Positions 36,695 to 45,535 of a DNA stretch of 53,774 nucleotides are shown piece after piece. The stretch is taken from positions 1 through 53,774 of the forward strand of contig MNXW01000314.1 in the NCBI GenBank assembly GCA_001871515.1. Reading direction: 5' to 3'. The notes below the pieces were generated by a model that saw nothing but the letters and a program-made list of their open reading frames with translations, was not told the DNA's origin and did no database searches. Each line of letters opens with the position of its first letter. Positions within the stretch are counted from its first letter, which is position 1. The translations under genes and the position numbers were made by a program. Source of the DNA: Comamonadaceae bacterium CG2_30_57_122. GTDB lineage: Bacteria; Pseudomonadota; Gammaproteobacteria; Burkholderiales; Burkholderiaceae_C.

Positions 36695-38838
36695 TTTTTC
36701 TTCCATTTTTGAATCAAATTGCGAAAACGAGCGGCTTTGCCCGCTAAAAAAACACGCATGTCGGCAAGGCTTTGACTTAACCAGCGCGGCCACGGTTGAT
36801 CAGCATGTCGACCTGGTAACCACTTGGGCCAATCAAGGCCGCGAGAGAACACGGCAACTGCAAGGGCGTTGTAGTCAGTTTGGGCTGAGGCATCAATACG
36901 CACCTGCAGCGTCTGTTCATGCAATGAGACGATTTGGGCAGGAAAAGAAGATTCTTGCCGACGATGAAATATTGAAATTTGAACAAACGATTCAAGCGGC
37001 AAAGCAAGTCCAGTTGGTAATTGAATGCTAAGTTGTGTGTTTGGAAAGTTTTGTGTCAGGCAAGAAAGTGAACGTCCGTAAGGAAGTTTGACCATCACCG
37101 GTAATTCCTGGCATGCTCGCTGATATTTTTGAATGGCGCTGGCTTCTTCGGTCACACAAAGCATTGCTGCCAAGCGCATCAGGTTGAAGGCCGACCACAA
37201 AAGGTAGAGTGATGTGAGGTCGTTGGGGATTTCATTTGAATTGAACCAGAACCAGCTGCCTACTACGAGCCCACTCAGGTTGAGCCAACCGATCAAGCCG
37301 TAGGTTATGGCCAGTATCCTGTCGGATGGCTTGACTGAATTACTTGGGGTTTGGCTGGGCACGCTCCAAAATTGATGCACCTTGGTACGAATGAATGTCA
37401 GGGTGGTGGGCAGTAAAAGATACCAGGCAAGCATGGTTTCCCGAATTTCAGAAAAAAGACCCCATCTGCTCCCCGTGTTCAGCCTGGCCAGCGCGATGTA
37501 TCCAAGTAGCACGTGAGGCAGCGCATAAAGTGCCCAAAGATCGGAAGCGGTGTTGATGATGTGAAGGCCAGTGAGCAAGTAAGCTACTGGTGCAGTCATA
37601 AAAACAAGACGAACGCACGGATAGTAAAACTGCATGGCGGCAACCAAATCATTCAGGTATTTTTGCCAACGCAAGATGATGCTGTTGAATGGCTGATTAA
37701 CACAAAACATTTCAGTGTCAGCATCAGGGTTTTGTGGTGGCAACGCACCTGCGCGCCAGCCGACGTAAGCGCAGCCAAAGCCGAGGGCTTGTAAATGTAG
37801 CGCGGTATGGCGTTGCTTGGTGACGGGATTACTTGAAAAACCTCCTGCTGCAATCAGCATGGAGCGGCGCGTAATAGAAAAAGACAGACGATCTCGGGAT
37901 TCATTGAACAGCATCCGGTTGTGTTCATCGAGTCCAGGAGCCAAAAAATGATCAGGTGTTTCAACCATGCCCAATGATTGATGGCGCACCAGCCAGCCCA
38001 TGGTTTGTTTTAAAAGCTTTGCCTGTGGCCGTTGATCACCATCCAGCACCAGAATGAAATCGCCAGTGCTTTGGTTCAAGGCCTGGTTGACACTTTCGAA
38101 TCGGTCTTGCCCTGGTTGCTCAGACGCAAAATAATGAACCTCTGAGCTGCTGCACAGTGACTGGAGGTCTGCGCGCGGGTATGCATCCAAAACATAGACA
38201 ATCATTTTTTTTTTCGGCCAAGACATCGCCAGGGAAGCCAAGATGGTGTCATTGGCTATTTCGATAGATGAATTGGAAGCCACAATAAAAACATCCACGC
38301 TGGGCCATTCATGCGTGTCCTGGGGCATGGGTTGTTGCGGCAAAGTGAGAGGCCAGATGCCCTTCAGGACATGCATTCCAGTCAGTAAAAAAAGATACAA
38401 CTCTGCTACGAAAAAACCAAGGCTCAATAAAAAATCTGCAGTGGAACGGGTATCGAGCGTGGCACTAAAGCGCCAATTGAGATACCTCAAGCTGACCATA
38501 CAAGCCATGGCAGCAAGCATCAGTGTGAAAAAAGTTCCAGAAAATCGCCTGATATAAAGCGCAACAGCGAGTAAAAAAATGGAAAAACCAAACTGGCCTA
38601 GCGGTGACATCCGAACCTGCAGCAGCAAACCAAAAAACAATAGGCAGATGGCCGCAACCAGGACGTTGCTCCCTGGAACAGACCAAATCCTGGCATGGGT
38701 CAACCGGTTCGACCAATGGTTGACCTTGCCGCGCAAATAAGGCAGTGCGGAACTGGCGACCCTCGTTTTCCCCCAGCGTTCACGCCAAAGTGAAAGCAGC
38801 AAGCGCGGACTTACTGGTTCAATGTATTGATGACCCAT
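36691..38838 (-). CDS. bcsA: BcsA-like cellulose synthase catalytic subunit, catalytically degenerate
   Basis: Colinear with BcsA (SLRYLNWRFSATL, WPSVDVF, PilZ-like C-terminus, VFSRG..W) but PTYNE, DDG, HAKAGN, FFCGS, TED, QRxRW and PilZ RxxxR motifs are lost; start codon uncertain. Confidence 0.82.
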   Translation of the reverse strand: MGHQYIEPVSPRLLLSLWRERWGKTRVASSALPYLRGKVNHWSNRLTHARIWSVPGSNVLVAAICLLFFGLLLQVRMSPLGQFGFSIFLLAVALYIRRFSGTFFTLMLAAMACMVSLRYLNWRFSATLDTRSTADFLLSLGFFVAELYLFLLTGMHVLKGIWPLTLPQQPMPQDTHEWPSVDVFIVASNSSIEIANDTILASLAMSWPKKKMIVYVLDAYPRADLQSLCSSSEVHYFASEQPGQDRFESVNQALNQSTGDFILVLDGDQRPQAKLLKQTMGWLVRHQSLGMVETPDHFLAPGLDEHNRMLFNESRDRLSFSITRRSMLIAAGGFSSNPVTKQRHTALHLQALGFGCAYVGWRAGALPPQNPDADTEMFCVNQPFNSIILRWQKYLNDLVAAMQFYYPCVRLVFMTAPVAYLLTGLHIINTASDLWALYALPHVLLGYIALARLNTGSRWGLFSEIRETMLAWYLLLPTTLTFIRTKVHQFWSVPSQTPSNSVKPSDRILAITYGLIGWLNLSGLVVGSWFWFNSNEIPNDLTSLYLLWSAFNLMRLAAMLCVTEEASAIQKYQRACQELPVMVKLPYGRSLSCLTQNFPNTQLSIQLPTGLALPLESFVQISIFHRRQESSFPAQIVSLHEQTLQVRIDASAQTDYNALAVAVFSRGLDWPKWLPGRHADQPWPRWLSQSLADMRVFLAGKAARFRNLIQKWKKK

Positions 38839-39575
38839 AGCGCAAGTTGTGCAAAGTCATGGCTGGCTTGTCCATAAGGGGCATAAGCCAGTACCGGTTG
38901 CTGAAATGCAAGTGCTTCGCTGACTGCTTCGTCGGCATGAATCGCGATCGGAGCCATGCGCTTGCCCAGACGTTGTTGCAGCCATTGGGCGGCATCGCGA
39001 TTTAAGGGCTCGCCTTGGTCGGTTTGATTGAGTACGTAATAAACGAGCGCAAGTGGGTTGCCACATTGCCCCTGTTCCAGCCACGACTCCATGGCAGGAA
39101 TGGTGGCGTAAGAGCCGGCATCCGGTAGCAGCACCATTAGAACAAGGTCGGCGCAAGCAAATACTTGATGAAGGTAAACACTGGGACCCGGCGGCGTGTC
39201 AATCAGCACCACTGCATCGTGGTCAAGTTTTGCACGCTTGATTTGTGAACCAATCCAATCTGGTTGTTCTGCCAGCAACAACTCAAAAGTTTCCCGCTCT
39301 GTTTCTGTCGCGTCGCCATAGGGTAGGCAGACCACATTGAATGGCGTTGAGATAGCCGCGTTCGTCCAATCCCCTAAGTTGAGGGCTCTTTGGGAAATGC
39401 CGGATGTCTGCCAATTGTCTAATCCAAAATGCCAATGCAAGGCATTTTGAGGGTCTAGATCCAGTGCGGCGACGCGATGTTCGCCCAACTTTGCCGCCAA
39501 TGCTGCTGCAAGATTGGCTGTGGTTGACGTCTTGCCGACGCCACCTTTCATCGAAACAATGCCAATGATGCTCAT
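38811..39575 (-). CDS. bcsQ: BcsQ/YhjQ ATPase, copy 1
   Basis: SMKGGVGKTS, DLDPQNALHWHFG, IDTPPGPSVY, PDAGSYATIP, DEAVSEALA. Confidence 0.88.
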   Translation of the reverse strand: MSIIGIVSMKGGVGKTSTTANLAAALAAKLGEHRVAALDLDPQNALHWHFGLDNWQTSGISQRALNLGDWTNAAISTPFNVVCLPYGDATETERETFELLLAEQPDWIGSQIKRAKLDHDAVVLIDTPPGPSVYLHQVFACADLVLMVLLPDAGSYATIPAMESWLEQGQCGNPLALVYYVLNQTDQGEPLNRDAAQWLQQRLGKRMAPIAIHADEAVSEALAFQQPVLAYAPYGQASHDFAQLALWVINTLNQ

Positions 39576-40255
39576 CGTTTGCCCAGTCGACTAAAGATAG
39601 AGGAGATTTTGCTTGCAGGCTTGACGACCAGATTTGATTTGCCTTCAAGCCGATTAAATAACTGACGAAGTGAATCTGTATCGGTCACTGGTTGCGATGT
39701 TGTCGTTCGGTTGGCATGTGAACGAAGACCGTTGCCTGCAAACAGGCTCCCGCTCACTTTTTCACTGGTGTCTTCTGTACCTGCAGCAATGGGATTTGCG
39801 TGTTGACGAGGGAGAGGGGGAGACGGCTCGGTCTCTGTGGCGTGGGCTGTTCGATTTGGCAACTGCGCAGGGGTGCTGTAGATCGGCGTGCTGACTTTTG
39901 CAGATATCGGCTTTGAATCTGAATTTGAATTTGAATCTGAATTTGAATTTGAATTTGAATCGTGGCGAGTACCAGTCATGCGCTTCAGGCTTAATGCCAG
40001 ATCCATGGTTTCTGTTGGCAAAGACAGAGCAGGCTTGCGTACGCTCACACCAGTTTTCTGTTGGCTCACCCAGCAGGCGCGATCTTGATCGGAAAGCGCG
40101 GGCGTGGTGTTGGATTTTTCGGGCGCAAGGGCTTTAAACAATGGCCAGCGTTGCGCAGCTTCGCTCGCGGCGGTTGCATTGGCGGCCTGAAAGGCAGCAT
40201 CATCTGGTGCGATTGACCTGAATAAAGAAGTGAATTCGTTCATGGAACTGGGCAT
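39572..40255 (-). CDS. bcsP: BcsP-like protein
   Basis: LF....D...FQ N-terminus, RWPLF motif, low-complexity Pro/Ser middle, LRQLFNRLEG; located between bcsD and bcsQ. Confidence 0.7.
   Translation of the reverse strand: MPSSMNEFTSLFRSIAPDDAAFQAANATAASEAAQRWPLFKALAPEKSNTTPALSDQDRACWVSQQKTGVSVRKPALSLPTETMDLALSLKRMTGTRHDSNSNSNSDSNSNSDSKPISAKVSTPIYSTPAQLPNRTAHATETEPSPPLPRQHANPIAAGTEDTSEKVSGSLFAGNGLRSHANRTTTSQPVTDTDSLRQLFNRLEGKSNLVVKPASKISSIFSRLGKR
39914..39961. repeat. In-frame hexanucleotide tandem repeat (TGAATY x8)
   Basis: Eight TGAAT(T/C) units encoding DSNSNSNSDSNSNSDS in the BcsP-like ORF. Confidence 0.9.
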
Positions 40256-40274
40256 CTGATGTTCCTTGCAATGG

Positions 40275-40745
40275 TTAGTTCACAGCAAGTTCAAAACGCA
40301 AGCGCAGCGTCATGGCATCCGATTCGCCCGTATCACGCACTTGCATGGCGGCGCTGGCACCAAGCACGCTGAAAATGTTATGGTAAAAGCCCTCAAGCAG
40401 GCCAACGCACCAGCTCAGAGACTCATCACCAAAAGCCTCTGCCAATGGAGCGGCTTGATGGGTGATGCCAATGGAATCTCCAGCATCCGTAAGATTAACC
40501 CAGCCCCAATTGATTTGAGCCCAGAAAACGTTCAGGCCCTCCTCAAGTTCAGCGAGTGTATTGACATTCATGAACTGTTCTTGCACTTCGTTGGCAAAGC
40601 GTGTGCCAATTTTGGAAAAAAGAAGCCGTAGTTCTACTGGGCTCGCCGAGGCCGACAACTCCAAGGCCATTGCGCGCAGCACCGCAAGCCATTGAAGGGA
40701 TACCTGTTGATTTCTGAAATATTTTTCCAAATTGTTGTTGTTCAT
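40275..40745 (-). CDS. bcsD: Cellulose synthase subunit BcsD
   Basis: IGTRFA, LEEGLNVFWAQINWGWV, ITHQAAP, LLEGFY pattern; ~156 aa; first gene of the bcs run. Confidence 0.8.
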   Translation of the reverse strand: MNNNNLEKYFRNQQVSLQWLAVLRAMALELSASASPVELRLLFSKIGTRFANEVQEQFMNVNTLAELEEGLNVFWAQINWGWVNLTDAGDSIGITHQAAPLAEAFGDESLSWCVGLLEGFYHNIFSVLGASAAMQVRDTGESDAMTLRLRFELAVN

Positions 40746-40913
40746 TGCAAATCCTGAAAATTGGGAAGTGTGCAAGCGCACAACTCTATACGCTTATGTA
40801 AAGGCAAAGGCAAAGTTAATATAGTACACACTGAGCGAGTTGCAGGACATCTCTTTAAAAAAACGAAATGTATGTGAAGTATTGCCTGTATTGCTCCTGC
40901 GCTCCCTTGATAA

Positions 40914-41333
40914 ATGAAAGTCACGCTTGTAAACACCATGGTTTCTGATGTATTTTTGTCGCGCTTGACAGATTCATTTTCTCCACGAGTCTGGCTGCTG
41001 GTTGGGCTGATGTCCATGTTGTTGGTCATCGGATCTGCCTCTGTCTTGATATTGCGCACTGAAAGCAGCGCCATCCAGACCATGTACCGAACCTATGACG
41101 CGGTGCGCAGGTTTATGCACGATACGGTTCGTCTTACTTTTAAAACAGATTTAAACCGGGAGGCGGTGTTTGTGGCTCCGGTAGGTATTTTGAAGTCTGA
41201 TGCGACTTTTAATTGGGTCGACAGTTATCAGGATTTCAAGCCACGATCTGAAGACGCTGCCCCCTTGCCAAAGGCTCCTGAGCGTTTGCTTGATCCTCTT
41301 TGGAATCCGGATTCCAACAGGGTTTCGCTTTAA
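40914..41333 (+). CDS. Hypothetical single-TM protein
   Basis: 139-aa ORF with a hydrophobic segment, divergent from bcsD; start could be 40938. Confidence 0.55.
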   Translation: MKVTLVNTMVSDVFLSRLTDSFSPRVWLLVGLMSMLLVIGSASVLILRTESSAIQTMYRTYDAVRRFMHDTVRLTFKTDLNREAVFVAPVGILKSDATFNWVDSYQDFKPRSEDAAPLPKAPERLLDPLWNPDSNRVSL

Positions 41334-41383
41334 CGTCCATGTTCAACAAGGACACCCCAAAGCATGAAACATGCGTGCCCTGC

Positions 41384-41429
41384 GTAGGGCGGCTTTCAAC
41401 CCGCCATGGCCGACTGAAGTCGACCCTAC
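41384..41429. repeat. Inverted pair of GTAG-type REP sequences (REPIN-like)
   Basis: GTAGGGCGGCTTTCAACCCGCC on + and GTAGGGTCGACTTCAGTCGGCC on -, within a TTAACGT...ACGTTAA-bounded segment (41330-41471). Confidence 0.75.
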
Positions 41430-41496
41430 GACACGCCTTTCTTGTCGGCTGTGGGCGTTGTTTCACGTTAAGGTTAATTTTCAAGGACTCTGAGAC

Positions 41497-43290
41497 ATGA
41501 TGCGAAATTTTTACGTGGGGTTGAGCCATTTGTTTCGGCGACTGACATGGTTGTCCTTGGCATGCCTGTTTTTGGTGACTCCATTGAATTTAGTGGCCAG
41601 CCCCCTCAAAGAGGTATACCTGTATGCCAGCCCAATCACGGCAACTTTTTTCGCTGCCAACGGTACAAGCTATGACGGACTCAAGCAACACTGGCGTGAA
41701 TACTTGCGCCCTTTGGGTATGGACTACCGTGAGGTTTCGCGAGCCAATTTGCTCGCCGGCTTAAAACCAGGCGTGCTGGTCCTGGGCTCGGCGGCGTTGC
41801 TGGACGAGCAAGAACGCAAGGCCATTGAAGTTTTTGGGGATTCAGGCGGCAGCATCTTGATGACATGGGGCACAGGCGTGCGTGATGGTCGGGGTAAGTG
41901 GGTAGGCTATGGGTTGATTGAAAAAATTTTTCAACTCAAAGTCAACGGCAAGGTGTTGCCCCAAAACAATGAGGATAACAACGAACGGTTCATTAACACC
42001 TTTGGGGATGGCCCGCTCACCTGGTCAATGCCCGCAGGAGAGCGACTTTTTTTGGGCGAGGTGTCCGAGATGTCAATTCGCGTGGACTCCCCGTATCTGG
42101 CAGCGCGCTATTTCAATTGGAACCGCCAACCCTTGCCCAAGAACTCCAATGGCGCGATTGCGTTTCTTGAGAAAGGTGCTTCACGCCGCGTGTACTTCGG
42201 TTTTTCAGAGTCGAGTTGGGAATACGACCCGAACATGGATTTTCCAAAATTGCTGAATTCAGTGATGGCCTGGCTCAAGCACGAACCCAGCCTTTTCAAG
42301 GCGGCCTGGCCAAATGGCAACTTGTCGGCGCAATTGTTGGAAATGGATACCGAGGACAAGTACTTCAACGCAGTCAACTTTGCCAGCATGCTCGACGCTG
42401 CCAAGTTGCGTGGCACTTTTTATTCTCTAACCAGTGTGGCACGCCAGTACCGCGACATTGTTAAACAAATGTCCCAAAAGCATGAGATTGGCTACCACGG
42501 TGAAATTCATGTCGGCTACAAAGGTAAAACCGCTGCGGTGCAAGCCAAGCGTTTGGACATCATGGCCACCGAAATGAAAGACATTGTGGGCACGCTGGCG
42601 TTCTCCAAAGTGACCGGTTTTCGTGCACCTACCGAATCATCAGATGAAATTACCGACAAGATTTTGCGAAAACTGGGTGTGCAACACAACGTCACCGGTC
42701 CTTCATCCTCTGAGGGACGTTTGCCATTTTTCTCTGAAGCAGAACCTGCACTCAGTACGCAAGAGGCCATCATTGGTCTGCCGCGCACCCAAATGGATGA
42801 CCTGAACTACCTTGCCCTGCGCGTGAGCGAAGAAAAAGCTGCCGAATTGATCATGTTGGACTTTGACTACCTGCATGAGGCCGGAGCGCTTGGCGTGGTG
42901 TCGGTTCATTCACAAAATTTTGCCTCGGATGATTTGATGACCCGGCTGATGCCGCGATATATCCAGAAAATCCAGCAGTTTCCTGGTGCGGTATGGACGG
43001 CATCGGGAGCCGACATTGCGGCCTGGTGGCGGGCACGCGATCGGGTCATCCAACGATCCGCCAAAGGCGATGCGACTCAATTGAAGTTTGATGTAAAAGC
43101 ACCTGGTAGCGTCAAAGGATTGACCTTCATGGTGGTTCATGCCGCTGCCGAAGGCCTGCCCAAAGCGGTCATGGCCAGCGGTTCGGGTAGCCCACAGCCT
43201 GAAATCAGAAGGGTGGATGCCTATCGAACAGCGATTGTGTTCAAGGATGAGCTAAAACCCGGGTCATACGCTTACACGGTAGCGTTTTGA
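41497..43290 (+). CDS. Exported CE4-like polysaccharide deacetylase, paralog C
   Basis: Signal peptide; MDTE, GYHGEIH, GFRAP, LPRTQMDD, SVHSQNF; colinear with paralog A. Confidence 0.8.
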   Translation: MMRNFYVGLSHLFRRLTWLSLACLFLVTPLNLVASPLKEVYLYASPITATFFAANGTSYDGLKQHWREYLRPLGMDYREVSRANLLAGLKPGVLVLGSAALLDEQERKAIEVFGDSGGSILMTWGTGVRDGRGKWVGYGLIEKIFQLKVNGKVLPQNNEDNNERFINTFGDGPLTWSMPAGERLFLGEVSEMSIRVDSPYLAARYFNWNRQPLPKNSNGAIAFLEKGASRRVYFGFSESSWEYDPNMDFPKLLNSVMAWLKHEPSLFKAAWPNGNLSAQLLEMDTEDKYFNAVNFASMLDAAKLRGTFYSLTSVARQYRDIVKQMSQKHEIGYHGEIHVGYKGKTAAVQAKRLDIMATEMKDIVGTLAFSKVTGFRAPTESSDEITDKILRKLGVQHNVTGPSSSEGRLPFFSEAEPALSTQEAIIGLPRTQMDDLNYLALRVSEEKAAELIMLDFDYLHEAGALGVVSVHSQNFASDDLMTRLMPRYIQKIQQFPGAVWTASGADIAAWWRARDRVIQRSAKGDATQLKFDVKAPGSVKGLTFMVVHAAAEGLPKAVMASGSGSPQPEIRRVDAYRTAIVFKDELKPGSYAYTVAF

Positions 43291-43317
43291 TCAGGGCTCA
43301 AAAAGAAATAAGCTGAT

Positions 43318-44109
43318 CTACAACGACAGCTGGTATTGCACTGTAATCGGCGCATGATCCGAAAACTTTTCACCCTTGTAAATTGATACCGCCTGTGCAG
43401 TCGCTGCCATTGCTGGTGTTGCCAAGTGGTAATCCAGCCGCCAGCCCACGTTCTTGGCGTAAGCTTGACCCCGGTTGCTCCACCAGGTGTAGGCCTCGTC
43501 CGTCGTATCCGGATGCAGTTGCCGGTACACGTCCACCAGCCCGCCGTCACTTAACAGCCGGGTCATCCAGGCGCGTTCTTCAGGTAAGAAGCCCGAATTT
43601 TTCTGATTGCTCTTCCAGTTCTTCAAATCAATGGCTTGGTGGGCAATGTTGACATCGCCACACAAAATGAACTCGCGTTCTGTCTTGAGTTGCTGCAAAT
43701 GGAGATAAATCAACGCCAGAAACCGGAACTTGGCCTGCTGCCTGTCGTCGCCCGACGAGCCGCTGGGAAAGTAGCAACTGATAATGGAGCGCTTGACTGG
43801 GCCTGCATCAAAACGCAGTTCAACGTAGCGCCCCTCAGCATCAAATTCTGGCGAACCAAACCCCACCCGGACATCGGTAGGCTCCTGGCGGATGTAAACA
43901 CCTACGCCCGAGTAACCCTTTTTCTGTGCAAAATGAAAATAGCCGTTCAATCCAGCCAATTGCTCAAAGTGACCCTTGATGTCTTCGGCCTGAGCCTTGA
44001 CCTCCTGCACACAAATACAATCGACCGGGTTTTGGCTCACCCAGGCTTGCAGGCCTTTGTTGCTGGCGGAGCGAATACCATTGAGGTTGAGGCTGGTTAA
44101 TTTGAACAA
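43318..44109 (-). CDS. xth: Exodeoxyribonuclease III
   Basis: [42 protein letters not shown]; TTG start 44109. Confidence 0.94.
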   Translation of the reverse strand: MFKLTSLNLNGIRSASNKGLQAWVSQNPVDCICVQEVKAQAEDIKGHFEQLAGLNGYFHFAQKKGYSGVGVYIRQEPTDVRVGFGSPEFDAEGRYVELRFDAGPVKRSIISCYFPSGSSGDDRQQAKFRFLALIYLHLQQLKTEREFILCGDVNIAHQAIDLKNWKSNQKNSGFLPEERAWMTRLLSDGGLVDVYRQLHPDTTDEAYTWWSNRGQAYAKNVGWRLDYHLATPAMAATAQAVSIYKGEKFSDHAPITVQYQLSL

Positions 44110-44120
44110 GGACTTTTCCC

Positions 44121-44843
44121 ATGACAGAGCGTAGTGAACTGCAAACCCACCAGACCTCAGGCCAGGACGTACTGGCACAAGATTTCGTGCAGTTTGCAGT
44201 CGATTGTGGTGTGCTTCGCTTTGGCGAATTCAAGACCAAAGCCGGACGCCTAAGCCCGTATTTTTTTAACGCCGGCTTGTTTGATGACGGTTCCAAACTG
44301 GGTCGATTGGCGCAATTTTATGCGCAGCGCCTGCTTGCCAGTGGCATTGAATTTGACATGATTTTTGGTCCCGCCTACAAGGGTATTCCCCTGGGTGCTG
44401 CGGTGGCGGTTGAGCTGGCGCGGCTCGGCCGCAATGTGCCGTTTGCCTACAACCGCAAGGAAACCAAAGACCATGGTGAGGGTGGCACCCTGGTGGGAGC
44501 GCCACTCAAAGGCCGGGTGCTGGTGGTGGACGATGTGATGTCTGCCGGTACCGCCGCCCGTGAATCGATTGCATTGATACAGGCCGCAGGCGCCAAGGCA
44601 CACGCCGTGGTGATTGCGCTGGACCGGCAAGAAAAAGCCACCGAAGCTGGCCAAGACGTGAACCACAGCGCGGTGCAGTATGTGCAACAACAACTCGGAC
44701 TGCAAGTGTGTGCCATTGCCCGGCTCGATGACTTGTTGCAGTATCTGGCGCAGCACCCTGTGCCGGGTCTTGCTGATGCACAGCAGCGCATGCAGGCCTA
44801 CCGCGCAAGGTATGGCATCAACAAGGAAACACCGTGCCAGTGA
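44121..44843 (+). CDS. pyrE: Orotate phosphoribosyltransferase
   Basis: [46 protein letters not shown]. Confidence 0.96.
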   Translation: MTERSELQTHQTSGQDVLAQDFVQFAVDCGVLRFGEFKTKAGRLSPYFFNAGLFDDGSKLGRLAQFYAQRLLASGIEFDMIFGPAYKGIPLGAAVAVELARLGRNVPFAYNRKETKDHGEGGTLVGAPLKGRVLVVDDVMSAGTAARESIALIQAAGAKAHAVVIALDRQEKATEAGQDVNHSAVQYVQQQLGLQVCAIARLDDLLQYLAQHPVPGLADAQQRMQAYRARYGINKETPCQ

Positions 44844-45502
44844 TACCGCGCTTGACCTGCATTGCCCGGGTGGTGGGTGGGGTACTGGTGATGGTGTCCG
44901 GCTGGGTAGCGGCGCAATCTGTTGACCCTACTCGGGACATTTATACCTGCGTGGACGCCAAGGGTCGAAAACTAACCTCTGACCGCAAGATCATCGAGTG
45001 CATTGACCGAGAACAAAAAATCCTCAATCCCAGTGGCACGCTGAAAAACCGGGTCAGTCCGACTCTGACGGCGCATGAGCGGGAACAACTCGATGCCCAA
45101 AACAAGGCCTTGCAAAAAGAAAATGCACGCCTGGAAGAAGAAAAAAAACGCGACCGCGCGTTGCTGGTACGTTACCCTGACGAAATCACACATCATAGGG
45201 AAAGGGAAGAGGCTTTGCGCCATGTGACGCTGGCCAAGCAAAATGCCCTGGCTCAGACGACGATATTGTTGGAAGAACGCACCCAGCTGCAAAACGAAAT
45301 GGATTTTTACGCCAAGGATCCCAGCAAGGCGCCCACCAAATTGCGTCAGCAGCTAGATGCGATATCGCAAGCATTGGCTCTGCAAGGCCGGTTCATGGCA
45401 GACAAAAATGCCGAAATCGCACGTATCAACATCCGTTTTGATGATGAACTCGCGCGCTTACGTCCTTTGTGGCGCATGAATGCTGCGCCTGCTACCCGGT
45501 GA
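44834..45502 (+). CDS. DUF4124-like exported protein
   Basis: Signal peptide; [16 protein letters not shown]; coiled-coil with DRALLVRY; start uncertain. Confidence 0.75.
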   Translation: MPVIPRLTCIARVVGGVLVMVSGWVAAQSVDPTRDIYTCVDAKGRKLTSDRKIIECIDREQKILNPSGTLKNRVSPTLTAHEREQLDAQNKALQKENARLEEEKKRDRALLVRYPDEITHHREREEALRHVTLAKQNALAQTTILLEERTQLQNEMDFYAKDPSKAPTKLRQQLDAISQALALQGRFMADKNAEIARINIRFDDELARLRPLWRMNAAPATR

Positions 45503-45535
45503 CCTGGCTGCGTCAGAGGGCAATTTGGGAGTCAT

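Noticed and set aside
36695-36793. Extended N-termini in the ORF track (bcsB 36793, radA 1319, kinase 14201, xth 44178, algF-like 26077, bcsD 40781)
   Set aside because: Downstream starts fit overlaps, ribosome-binding sites or family N-termini better
40795-40830. AAAGGCAAAGGCAAAG as a c-di-GMP-I riboswitch start
   Set aside because: No P2 stem with GNRA loop or GACGCAAA-like segment follows
16409-43300. ATCAGGGGCT (16409-16418) and ATCAGGGCT (43290-43298) as a target-site duplication of the EPS block
   Set aside because: Short, imperfect and tied to stop-codon context; could be chance; no integrase
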